A DNA stretch of 61,230 nt, counting the filler. It is 6 parts of 6 records of this genome, joined end to end, with 100 filler letters (N's around TTAATTAATTAA, not from the genome) between each part and the next. Parts side by side here need not be neighbours in the genome. Positions count along the whole stretch, not along the records: positions 7,416 to 13,135 come from SRR31156797_17001; positions 13,236 to 35,550 come from SRR31156797_17003; 4 more parts are not named here. The stretch is one strand, 5' to 3'. Below the pieces are notes generated by a model, which worked only from the letters and a program-made list of their open reading frames with translations, had not been told where the DNA came from and did no database searches. The translations under genes and the position numbers were made by a program. How positions within the stretch are numbered: the first letter of the stretch is position 1; the number at the start of each line of letters is the position of its first letter. Shown one piece after another: positions 10,525-20,300 of this stretch.

Positions 10525-11016
10525 TTAGAAGATCCAGCCGATTCCTAAACCAAAGGAGAAGGGGGTGCTGTACCTTGATTGAATCATCAGTTTTTCTTTT
10601 AGGATGATTCCGGCGCCGAGGCCAGCCCGAAAATCGCCGCTCAGCGCATCGGACTCTCCAGAGATTGTCATATATCCTTTGAGCCAAGGAGTCTTCTGAC
10701 GCTCAAGCTCGTGGATTCTCAGGTCTTTCAAGGAGCATTGGTCTTCGAGCACCGCTATCTGAGTATTTTTGGCCTTGATCGTAGCCTCAGATGATGCTTT
10801 GTATTCATCGAAGGTAGTGTCTAGTGTTTCAAAATCTGCATGCTCATCGAGATATGCTTGCGCCATACGGAGGTACGCGGCCCTCAATCCCGTAGGGTCC
10901 TCAGGGACAACAACAGAATGGCTCTTCCCAGCAGTGTCTATAATGTCCACTTTCTCAATGGCGTGTAGAGAGCATATAGGTAAAATGAGTAAAATAAATA
11001 ACATTAGCTTTTTCAT
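10525..11016 (-). CDS. Exported coiled-coil protein with C-terminal amphipathic beta-strands (candidate outer-membrane spanin-like component)
   Basis: Signal peptide MKKLMLFILLILPICSLHA; central coiled coil; ends FSFGLGIGWIF. Confidence 0.55.
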   Translation of the reverse strand: MKKLMLFILLILPICSLHAIEKVDIIDTAGKSHSVVVPEDPTGLRAAYLRMAQAYLDEHADFETLDTTFDEYKASSEATIKAKNTQIAVLEDQCSLKDLRIHELERQKTPWLKGYMTISGESDALSGDFRAGLGAGIILKEKLMIQSRYSTPFSFGLGIGWIF

Positions 11017-11019
11017 ATA

Positions 11020-11304
11020 TTATTCCGAGATGAGATCCGATAGGTTCTCTTTTCGAGCATCGTGCAGATCCTTCAGCTCCTGCTGGGTCTCACAAGCTTC
11101 ATCGTGCACCTTTTTGTGTGCAACTTCCTGTGCCTCTGCCTCGGCTTTGGCTTCTTTATATGCCTCTTCCGACTCTTTGATTTCTTCCTCAGTTTTCCCA
11201 AATGATTTCTTCCGAGAACATATCAATACAAGCAGGAATAGTACGCTGGTTACGGGTGCGGCCCAGCAGGCAATTTTATTAAATATCTCTTTGATCTTTT
11301 TCAT
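11020..11304 (-). CDS. Membrane-anchored coiled-coil protein (i-spanin-like), 94 aa
   Basis: ATG at 11304 with GAGG RBS, right after the upstream stop; N-terminal hydrophobic helix then E/K/A-rich coil. Confidence 0.55.
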   Translation of the reverse strand: MKKIKEIFNKIACWAAPVTSVLFLLVLICSRKKSFGKTEEEIKESEEAYKEAKAEAEAQEVAHKKVHDEACETQQELKDLHDARKENLSDLISE

Positions 11305-11305
11305 T

Positions 11306-11746
11306 TCATTTTTCCTCAACCAGCGACAACATTTCATGCAGTGCGGCAATGTCCTTCCCTTCCAGCTCAAGCTTCAAGAAGTTGTAATTCACAAGCATAT
11401 ACTCAGTGATCTCTTCTCTTGTCATGAGTGAAGGATCAGGCTTTAACTCCATAGTTTGATTTTCTACCGGGCCTTCTAGAATGGTCTCGGAGGGTTCCGG
11501 AGCTACCGGTGTCCGAACGGCCACTCTTTGATTGACCGCATCAATAGTTCTTCTCCGAACCCCGGCATCCCGGTGAATAAATGCTTCCATCGTGTGAGCT
11601 TCCTCTTTGTCGATTTCACTCAGGAAGCTCTCCAATTCAGGTATGGAGTTTTTTGAATATACCCAGTCCTTTTTGGATAGCAGGATAGAGCCGTAAGACT
11701 TCTCGTCGGGAAGTCCCTTTTCATTTTTAATTCGATATCTGAGCAT
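11306..11746 (-). CDS. Phage hypothetical protein
   Basis: 146-aa ORF tightly packed in the operon, purine-rich RBS. Confidence 0.7.
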   Translation of the reverse strand: MLRYRIKNEKGLPDEKSYGSILLSKKDWVYSKNSIPELESFLSEIDKEEAHTMEAFIHRDAGVRRRTIDAVNQRVAVRTPVAPEPSETILEGPVENQTMELKPDPSLMTREEITEYMLVNYNFLKLELEGKDIAALHEMLSLVEEK

Positions 11747-11770
11747 TTATTCTTCTCTCACCCTTATGAC

Positions 11771-12007
11771 TTACTCTGCCTTGTCCGCTTCTTCAGCTTC
11801 CTTCACAGGCTCCTCGACAGGAGCCTTGGTTTTCTTGGTAGCTTTGGGCTTGGTAGGGGCCTTCTTGGGAGCGGTTTCCTTCTTCTCTGGGGTGACTCCC
11901 AGATACGCTTCAGCCTCTTCTTTCTTCATGCCAATCATATGCAGGCAATTCTTGTTCAGCATCCTCTGAACTGTCGCTTTGGACAGAGACTTTTTATCAA
12001 ACTCCAT
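11771..12007 (-). CDS. Phage hypothetical protein with K/E/A/P-rich low-complexity tail
   Basis: ATG at 12007 preceded by GAGGTG RBS. Confidence 0.7.
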   Translation of the reverse strand: MEFDKKSLSKATVQRMLNKNCLHMIGMKKEEAEAYLGVTPEKKETAPKKAPTKPKATKKTKAPVEEPVKEAEEADKAE

Positions 12008-12038
12008 TAAGATCACCTCTTCAAATATTGATTTACAA

Positions 12039-12047
12039 CTTAATAGT
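12039..12047 (-). promoter_or_regulatory. ACTATTAAG motif copy upstream of the 12007 operon
   Basis: Same 9-mer; the first 12 nt ACTATTAAGTTG match the copy upstream of the tube gene. Confidence 0.6.
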
Positions 12048-12048
12048 G

Positions 12049-13038
12049 CTACCGGAGACCTGCATTCCGGAGGGTTTTGGAGATAGAAGACGCCATCAAG
12101 TTCCGATAAAACGCCAGTTGCTTAAAAAGCCTGCTGGTATGTTTATCGAGAAGGGTGTAGTCAGAGCCCCCGTGCTGGCTTTTCCAGAGGCCCTTATCAA
12201 CTTTTGGAACATGGATACTGCCGTCTAGAGTGGAAAGCCTCATAGCGAAGCCTTGGTACCAGAATGAGGGGGAATCACTGAACACCTGAACATAAGAAGC
12301 ATCGAGCACTTCCTTAATGTCCTGAGTCTTCACTTCATATCCATCGGGTTTGGTTTCGTACCAATCCATGAAGTCAATCAGCTTGAGGGTCACGTGATAC
12401 ATTCCATCTGTGGAGGAACTGATCTTCCCGGTCTTCGCCACATTCAGAATGGGCTTGTGAAGCTTATCTCCTTCATCTCCATTCGTAGGATCGACGGTGA
12501 AGAAGAAATAGGCATCTCTTCCTTCAATTAAGGATTTGGTCAGCTTTGAGGCTCCAGTCTCGGAGCCATTATTCTTCTGCCGCTGAGCAATGGCCGTTCT
12601 GGTGATGTCCGAAATCTCATTTCCACCGGTAAGATCCTTCATGGTCACGAACTCGGTTGCATACGAGTAGTCTCCAATGGATAACCGAATTGATAAGGAC
12701 AACCCATCTTTTTGCGCCTTTTCCTTGATCAGATCATTCGCAAGCCGTTTCCCTGCCAGATCCACAGTGATGTAGATCCCGTTTGACAGGTTCGCATTGA
12801 AGTGCTCAAGATCGATGAGTGGAGTCATGGTGACCTCACGCTCAAGATCCGGTGCGAACCTCAGCCGGGAGACAATAGGGGAGTACTTGATCATATTCCA
12901 TGTGATTGGGATATTCCGGGAGGTATCGTACCAGAGGTAATAGATGGGTGTCGGGTACCCGATCACCCGGTTGATCATGACGTGGCCGACATTCTCTAGG
13001 CCGAGTCGCTGTCGGAGGGCAACTCCTGATTTTTCCAT
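12049..13038 (-). CDS. Phage protein with degenerate SWIM-like motif
   Basis: GAGGT RBS; VQVFSDSPSFWYQG...LLDKH resembles CxCPxF...CKH without the cysteines. Confidence 0.65.
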   Translation of the reverse strand: MEKSGVALRQRLGLENVGHVMINRVIGYPTPIYYLWYDTSRNIPITWNMIKYSPIVSRLRFAPDLEREVTMTPLIDLEHFNANLSNGIYITVDLAGKRLANDLIKEKAQKDGLSLSIRLSIGDYSYATEFVTMKDLTGGNEISDITRTAIAQRQKNNGSETGASKLTKSLIEGRDAYFFFTVDPTNGDEGDKLHKPILNVAKTGKISSSTDGMYHVTLKLIDFMDWYETKPDGYEVKTQDIKEVLDASYVQVFSDSPSFWYQGFAMRLSTLDGSIHVPKVDKGLWKSQHGGSDYTLLDKHTSRLFKQLAFYRNLMASSISKTLRNAGLR

Positions 13039-13135
13039 TTTATACCTCTTGTAATCATTTGCTGAACTAAGTCCAGAATTGGTTGGGGGATGTCTCCCTT
13101 CTCTGGAGAAGCCAAGTATTTGCGATAGGTGATTG

Positions 13136-13235
13136 NNNNNNNNNNNNNNNNNNNNNNNNNNNNNNNNNNNNNNNNNNNNTTAATTAATTAANNNNNNNNN
13201 NNNNNNNNNNNNNNNNNNNNNNNNNNNNNNNNNNN
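13136..13235. other. Artificial contig linker
   Basis: N-run + TTAATTAATTAA + N-run. Confidence 0.99.
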
Positions 13236-13236
13236 A

Positions 13237-13581
13237 TTCATCCAACTTCTGAGACCAATAAACTTTGAATATCAATTTGATGTAGATCACAACATAGCTC
13301 CCATGCTATTTTTACCTTTAATAGAAAATAGTTTTAAACATGGAATAAAAGGCAATACGAACAACACATTTTTGCAGATTAATTTAAAATCAAATATTAA
13401 AGAAACTCAATTTTATATTGCCAACAATCAAGTTTCCAATAACAAGAATCATCAAAAAGACTCAGGTGTTGGAATTGCCAACATCAAAAAAAGGTTACTA
13501 CTTTTATACCCAAACCGACATAAAATAGAAATCAACGACCTTGAAGATACATTTGAAGTAAGCATAACCATTCAACATTAA
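13237..13581 (+). CDS. LytS-family sensor histidine kinase, C-terminal part (5'-truncated)
   Basis: IAPMLFLPLIENSFKHG, SGVGIANIKKRL; frame open to contig edge. Confidence 0.9.
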   Translation, partial: FIQLLRPINFEYQFDVDHNIAPMLFLPLIENSFKHGIKGNTNNTFLQINLKSNIKETQFYIANNQVSNNKNHQKDSGVGIANIKKRLLLLYPNRHKIEINDLEDTFEVSITIQH

Positions 13582-13592
13582 AAAAATACGCT

Positions 13593-14261
13593 TTGATAAA
13601 TTGCCTGATCATAGATGACGAACCCGCAGCAAGAGAAATTCTTGAAAACTATATTGAACACACAGAACAACTTGTATGTGTACAATCATGCATTAATGTT
13701 CCTGAAGCTGCATCGGCTTTAAAAAACAATAAAATAGACCTTATTTTTCTGGACATAAATATGCCGGTTATCAATGGATTAGAATTTTACAAATCGCTAA
13801 TTAATCCACCGCTGGTAGTTTTTACTACAGCTTATCCCGAATACGCGATTGAAGGATTTGAAGTAAATGCCATCGATTATCTTTTAAAACCTATTGCTTT
13901 TGATCGTTTTACAAAAGCTGTAGATAAAGTGTTTAAAATACTTCCTTCTCATTTGAATTATATTATGCTTAAAGCTGATAAAAAGATTTATCGCATGCTA
14001 ATTAAAGATATCATACGGCTTGAATCGATGGGGGATTATGTAAAAGTTTTTACAAATGATGACTCTATTCTTGTGCATGATACACTTCAAAATTTGAATA
14101 ATAAACTACCTGAACAAAGCTTTATTCAAACACACAGAAGTCATATAATAAATATGGATAAAATTGAGAGTACCGAAGGAAATATGATACATTTAAATGG
14201 CTGTAGCATACCTATTGGAAATATATTTAAAGCTTGTGTGTTTAACAAATTAGGTCTTTAA
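13593..14261 (+). CDS. LytTR-family response regulator
   Basis: IIDDEP, FLDINMP, FTTAY, DYLLKP receiver; DYVKV...FIQTHRSHIIN LytTR domain. Confidence 0.95.
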   Translation: MINCLIIDDEPAAREILENYIEHTEQLVCVQSCINVPEAASALKNNKIDLIFLDINMPVINGLEFYKSLINPPLVVFTTAYPEYAIEGFEVNAIDYLLKPIAFDRFTKAVDKVFKILPSHLNYIMLKADKKIYRMLIKDIIRLESMGDYVKVFTNDDSILVHDTLQNLNNKLPEQSFIQTHRSHIINMDKIESTEGNMIHLNGCSIPIGNIFKACVFNKLGL

Positions 14262-15217
14262 AAATGTCTCATGGAGCGAATACCCTCTGGTTCTTTTTTC
14301 TTTTTTCGGAAGGTTCTTTTCTTGTTTTTTCTAACAAATTTAAAATTCTCGTAATTGATGGATATTTCATGACTTGGTCTTCCAATTCCATTTTGGCTAC
14401 TTCCTATATCATAGGCATATCCAACTCCTAGATTTTTATTTAACCATAAACTCGTCATTAAAACTAAAGACTCCTCCAATCTATACGAAAAACCTACTGC
14501 AACGCGGGTTTTATATTCAAAAACAGTACTTATATCCGTAAGTGTTTCCATATTGCTTACAGCCCTTAAAAGCACAGAAGGTTTTATCGTAAGAACTTCT
14601 TCTATTTGAAAATCGTACCCTCCCATTAAATATACATGCCTCATAAGTGCAGGCATTGTTATTTCCTTTGATGATTGAGTATGCAAAATATGTGGAAAGG
14701 ATAAGCCCACATAAAACTTGGGGCCATACAACCAACCTCCGAAGCCGACATCCAAGGCTGTTTGATTCATATTATCTCTCTGAAACAACGGATCTGTTTC
14801 GTTTACCACATTAATTTGATCCATTTTTAGCATTTGGTGAACCACACCGCCACTCATACCCAAGGACAAATACGCTCTTTTATTTAGTTTAAGAAGATGT
14901 GCAAATACAAAATTAGCACTGCTATATTGTACAGGTCCCATTTGATAAACAAATGCATTACCACCCAAAGCATTTAAAGTTTTATTCACCGGAGCATGAA
15001 TACTAAATTGGTATGCTTCCGGACTTCCATCTATGCCAACCCATTGTTTTTTAGCATTTACACTCGCATAAATTGTATTTCGAACACCTGCAAATGCAGG
15101 ATTAAAACTTAACTGGTTATTCATATATTGAGAAACAGATGGATCCCATTGACCTGTTGCTGTATAAACAGTGCTTCCTAAATTAAATAATATGAATATC
15201 CAGATCCGAATTCTCAT
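14258..15217 (-). CDS. PorP/SprF-family type IX secretion membrane protein
   Basis: SQYMNNQLSFNPAFAG, QWVGIDGSP, GYAYD, SHEISINY. Confidence 0.92.
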   Translation of the reverse strand: MRIRIWIFILFNLGSTVYTATGQWDPSVSQYMNNQLSFNPAFAGVRNTIYASVNAKKQWVGIDGSPEAYQFSIHAPVNKTLNALGGNAFVYQMGPVQYSSANFVFAHLLKLNKRAYLSLGMSGGVVHQMLKMDQINVVNETDPLFQRDNMNQTALDVGFGGWLYGPKFYVGLSFPHILHTQSSKEITMPALMRHVYLMGGYDFQIEEVLTIKPSVLLRAVSNMETLTDISTVFEYKTRVAVGFSYRLEESLVLMTSLWLNKNLGVGYAYDIGSSQNGIGRPSHEISINYENFKFVRKNKKRTFRKKKKEPEGIRSMRHF

Positions 15218-15225
15218 TAATACCC

Positions 15226-16164
15226 TTATTTATTGAGATAAATATATCCCGTATAAGTTTCTCTAAAATCAGGCACTTCAAATTGGTAATAATACGTTCC
15301 TACATCTAAAGTTTTTCCCTTATACATTCCTGCATTTCCAATTCCGTCCCAATTGTTTTTATAATTGTCACTCTCAAAAACCAGCGCTCCCCAAGCTGTA
15401 AATATTTTAAGTTTTACTAAGGATACATTTTTAAACTGTGGCACAAAAAAAACATCATTAATACCATCTTGATTCGGTGAAAAACCATTGGGGATAAAAA
15501 GTTCAGTTTCTTCAGAATTTAATAATTCAATCTGCAACCAGGCTTCTGAACAATCATTTTCAGCATCACAAATTGTATAACCTATAGAGTCTCTACCATA
15601 TTGGCCACGGTTAGGTGAATAAATAATGGCACTATCTCCCGACAAACTATACCTGCCTAATGCCGGACTCCAAATTACATCAAGACTCAAAGGGTAATTT
15701 AGAATTCCCGTATCATTTTGGGTAACATTAATGAATTTTTCGGGTGTCCAAAAAAGCGTTATACTGTCATTTAATGCACCCGGCTTATAATCGAAATACA
15801 CCACTTCAATGGCTACCTCAGCTATTCCACAACTACCATCTTTATTACAGACTTCATATTTAAATACATCCTCTCCCTCAAAATTCAATTCCGGCATATA
15901 AGTTATTGTATAATCATCATTCACAAATGTGCTTCCATGATTAGGAGCATCTACAATTTGCATAGATGAAATGCCTGAATTTAACCCGTAATCGTTATCG
16001 AGAACATTAAGAACCTCCGGTCTGTTTAGAAAAACCAATCCAAAGTCACTATTTGGAGTAACCTCATCACCAATAAAAACAGGAGCGGCAAAAGAGTTAA
16101 ATGCGATAAAATATAATATTCCGAAAAGCAAAGTATGTATGATTCCTGCTTTGAAAAAACTCAT
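15226..16164 (-). CDS. Ig-like-repeat protein with T9SS type-B C-terminal domain
   Basis: VLDND/ITYMP/FKYEVC cadherin-like repeats; FIPNGFSPNQDGINDVF...GTYYY...GYIYLNK. Confidence 0.88.
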   Translation of the reverse strand: MSFFKAGIIHTLLFGILYFIAFNSFAAPVFIGDEVTPNSDFGLVFLNRPEVLNVLDNDYGLNSGISSMQIVDAPNHGSTFVNDDYTITYMPELNFEGEDVFKYEVCNKDGSCGIAEVAIEVVYFDYKPGALNDSITLFWTPEKFINVTQNDTGILNYPLSLDVIWSPALGRYSLSGDSAIIYSPNRGQYGRDSIGYTICDAENDCSEAWLQIELLNSEETELFIPNGFSPNQDGINDVFFVPQFKNVSLVKLKIFTAWGALVFESDNYKNNWDGIGNAGMYKGKTLDVGTYYYQFEVPDFRETYTGYIYLNK

Positions 16165-16205
16165 TTTGGTTGAAGTGTATCTGTCGTTGTGTTGTTATAT
16201 GCTTA

Positions 16206-16213
16206 CAAATGTA
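16206..16213 (-). promoter_or_regulatory. Bacteroidota -7 promoter element (TAnnTTTG)
   Basis: TACATTTG about 40 nt upstream of ATG 16164. Confidence 0.55.
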
Positions 16214-16294
16214 CAATTTTGATTTATTTGAGAAAGCTTTTTAGATTTTATTAGCCCATCTCATTAAATGAATACCGCTTTGCAAACGAATAAT

Positions 16295-17320
16295 CTATCT
16301 CCTTCTCCTTCCATTTTTTACTTGTCCTGCATAACCTTCGTACATCACATCCATAAACTTACATGGGATAGCTCCCTTTTTACTACTTCTGCATTGTATA
16401 CGATAACCCAAAACCAGTTGAAAAGCATTACCATAAAATGATTGTGTTCCGGAAAGTCCCTGATTATACTCAAGCCCCATTGATACAGGACCATAGTTTA
16501 TACCGGCTGTAGTTCCCAATGTTAAGTCCCTTCCTAATTTCTGATCTGTTGATCTTCGGTAGGCAATTACACCCCAAAATGATATTTGATCATTGAAGGT
16601 TGGCATTTTAAGCTTCATATTGATATCAAAACGAGTATCTGCCAAATTGTTTCTACGATACATTACCTCCGGGAAAAGAAATATATCCCGACCTGGAAAT
16701 TTCAATGAAGTACCCACATGCAAATGCATATCAACAGGTAAATTCGCTTCTTCCAATCCTTCATACAACGGATTATTTTGTGGCAAAATATTGGTAAAAG
16801 ACATTCCTATATGGTGATGATTATAATTTAGCATCATTCCCACGTTAGCATTTAGTCCCCATCCCATTTCTGTTCCTCCGGTTATAGCCGGATCATATGG
16901 ATTAACGCCACCAATAAATGCGCCTTGACTGATTTTGGCTTGCTCGGCATTTAGCGATAAACCAAACGCCAATTGGGATTGGCTCTTTAATTTATCCATC
17001 AATTTTACTTCGTATGAAAAGGATTGCTGCAATCCCAACTGGTTGACATTACCGTTTCTATCATTATAAATATACGACCCCATTCCTAATTTACTGGTTA
17101 GGCCATGCTGAAAACTAAACACCTGCGTCGAAGGAGCATTGTCCATCTCAACCCATTGCGATTGATAATAGCCGTTAAAAACAGTACACCTTTTATCTCC
17201 TCCGGCTGCAGCCGGATTCATTAAGAACAAATCGTAAACATATAAATTGGTAATATAATACCTTTGTGACTGAGCAAAAGATACAATAGCCAAAAATGCC
17301 AGTATAATTAATAGTCTCAT
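16295..17320 (-). CDS. PorP/SprF-family type IX secretion membrane protein
   Basis: FLMNPAAAG, QWVEMDNAPSTQ, YNDRNG; follows a type-B cargo gene. Confidence 0.88.
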   Translation of the reverse strand: MRLLIILAFLAIVSFAQSQRYYITNLYVYDLFLMNPAAAGGDKRCTVFNGYYQSQWVEMDNAPSTQVFSFQHGLTSKLGMGSYIYNDRNGNVNQLGLQQSFSYEVKLMDKLKSQSQLAFGLSLNAEQAKISQGAFIGGVNPYDPAITGGTEMGWGLNANVGMMLNYNHHHIGMSFTNILPQNNPLYEGLEEANLPVDMHLHVGTSLKFPGRDIFLFPEVMYRRNNLADTRFDINMKLKMPTFNDQISFWGVIAYRRSTDQKLGRDLTLGTTAGINYGPVSMGLEYNQGLSGTQSFYGNAFQLVLGYRIQCRSSKKGAIPCKFMDVMYEGYAGQVKNGRRRR

Positions 17321-17341
17321 TGCGTTGTTGTGTTGTTTTGG

Positions 17342-20300
17342 TTAGCGCTTCAGCGTAAAATGTCCCTTTAAATACTTCTGTACAGGAAGTAATTCTATTA
17401 CATACCAATAATCATTTACAGGCATTGGTTTATCCAAATACATTCCATTCCATCCTGGAGAAGTTGCCGAATAAATAGCAATTAACTTTCCGTACCGATC
17501 ATAAATCCTGATCTTAGATTCCGGCATTCTTTCAACACCTTCTATTTCCCAGGTGTCATTATACCCATCATTATTTGGGGTGAAAAATGCAGGCACATTT
17601 ATATCCACTTCTGCAAATATACTCACCATTTCTGAGATAACACACTCATTATTATCTCTTACATAAACTGTATAAGAACCTGATTCAAGTTTATCAAATA
17701 CATTCTCTTCCTGCCAATAAAGGCTATCTAAACTATAATAATATGGCACATTATTGGTTTCAACTCCAACCCTGATCTGGCTATAAATCATCGTATCCAA
17801 AGTTGTTATATTCGGCAATGGATAAAAATCAAATATTAAAGAGTCTCTTTTATAATAACAGGTATTTGTGCCATCTAAAGTAATCCCTACATCAACCGCA
17901 ATGGTATCACTAGAAGAAAATGTATTGAACTCATTGGCCGTGCTATCATGCAACCATAAATACTCACCTGAATGCATGGATGCTTCCGGATCGATATCTA
18001 TTAATGAAATTGTCGTATCCTGCTGGCACATGGCAAACTGATAGACCGAATCCTCATAAACCATATACTGAATCACCACCTGATCAAATGATTTACAACC
18101 ATTGACATCACTTACTACCACATTATTTATTTCTCCAATATCTCCATTTATCTGATATGTATTGGCACTATTATGCCATAGATAAGCTGCAAACACATCT
18201 CCTTGTTCAGGATGAATTGGAAAGTCCGTTAAGGTTGGACATAGGTATTGGTCTTTTCCTAAAGAAACTTTTGGCATTGGACTAGATGTTACACTAGCAC
18301 TGGCTTCAGCAACACAACCATTCACATCATCGGTTACTGTTATGGTATAATTACCTGGTCCCACTTCAATAACTTCCTCATCCTTGTTACAACTCCACCA
18401 AACAGAATAACTTCCGGAAGGACTCACAATTGTTGGGGTTAAAGTTGTTTGTTGTCCAAAGCAAATTGCAGGAGGATCTGTTAATGTAATACCCGGATTG
18501 TCAATTGGCTGAATTATTACTACATCCTGAGAAGAACATCCATTACTATCCCATACTTCAATACCGTAAGTAACTGGTGAAGCCGAAGCTTGTACTGTAA
18601 TAGCAGAAGTTGTTGCTCCAGTGCTCCATTGATATGAAGTGTACTGCTCAGGAGAGAGAATAAAAAGACTATCGCCCACACATTTATTTTCATCCGGTCC
18701 CAATTCTATGGATGGTCCGGCAAGAATACTCACCTCAACAGAATCCTGACTTTGACAGAAGTTATTATCAGTTATAGTTAAAACATACACACCTGGTTCT
18801 GTTACATTCCAATTATTATTAACATCAGGAAATGAAGATGAATCTCCTAATTTCTTCGTCCATTGAAAATCTAAAATATCTACACCAACCACTAAAGGAC
18901 AAACTAAATCAACACCGACCGAATAACAGGCAGTGGTTTGAATTCCTGATAAATCAATTGTTGGTTTATTAAAATTTGTAACTGAAGCACTCGTTGTACC
19001 AACACATCCCTTTGTATCTTCAACCTGAACATCAAAAACTCCTTCTTCGGAAACAGAAATTGCCGACGAAGTTTCCCATGTATTCCAGAAGTAAGATGGT
19101 GAATTTACAGCACTACCATTAGAATAATTGGCCGATATTACTTCAATTGTTGCATTTTGTCCCTCGCATTTATTAATAGCTGAATTATTTAAACTAAGCT
19201 GAGGCAATTCATTAACCGTAACTGTATAAGATTCATTGGCTATACATCCATTTGGTCCGGTAACCGCAACATCGTAAATACCAGAGCTGGTCACATGAAT
19301 CGTATCCGTTGTACTTCCTGTATTCCAGCTGTAAGAGGAATATCCTGCGGTAGCAGCTATAATGGTTTCATTACCCTGACAAATTTCATTATCACCTGAA
19401 ATATTTACAAGCGGAGCGAGTTTGGTTTCGATAGTTAGCGTATCTGTGGCAATACATGCATCTGCGGTATAGTTTACACTTAATACATAATTTCCTTCTG
19501 TGGCAACACCAACCCAATCACTATTTGGAGCATTGGTTTCAGCGACAGAATTATCCGGATTTAACCTACTCCACTGATAACTCTGAAAATCAGCATATGC
19601 AGGCACTGAAGCAGGTGTACTAAGAGTCGCTATTTCTCCACTACACAGAAATACATCTGGTAAATATGGAACTTCAAATTCATCATGAAAATTAACATTG
19701 ACTACATCCGAAGCATAACATTCAAAAATATCACCATTGGTATCCTGGTATCGGTTAGCCACCTGAACTTCAAAAGCACCTGATTCCTCAATGGTCATAT
19801 TATTGATATCTACATTATTGATTAGGTCATTACCCCAATAATAATTTACCTGATCTGCAGCATCAATATTTGAATTTGAATTAAGCGCGGTAATTACATC
19901 CTGCACTAATAATATTCCTGGGCAAGGCTCTATATTATCCTGTAGGTCAAAAGTCGGGAATGGCATTTTTTCAATAGATATCGTATCTCTTAAAACACAA
20001 CCATTATCATTTTCGCTTACCTCTAAAATCCAAACTTCGGGGTTTGCACCGGCATCTGTCCCTGCCTGAATCGAAGATGAAGTGGATACAATGGTACTTA
20101 AATCAGATTCTAATTTCCACTGATATGAATCAAAACCAGTATTGGCATTTAATTCTATTATTTCGCCTTCACATACCGATCGATCACGACCCAAATTAAT
20201 ATTACCAACATCGATTAAGTATAAAGCAATAGTATCTTCTACCAAACAGCCATTTTCATTTGCTCTTACAATATAATCTCCCGCATCTGCAGCTCCTACA

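Noticed and set aside
10769-11431. 220-aa plus-strand ORF in the phage contig
   Set aside because: Ser-rich antisense shadow of the minus-strand coiled-coil genes
7416-13135. Stop-codon recoding in the phage
   Set aside because: Genes tile densely under the standard code, and TAA, TGA and TAG all serve as stops
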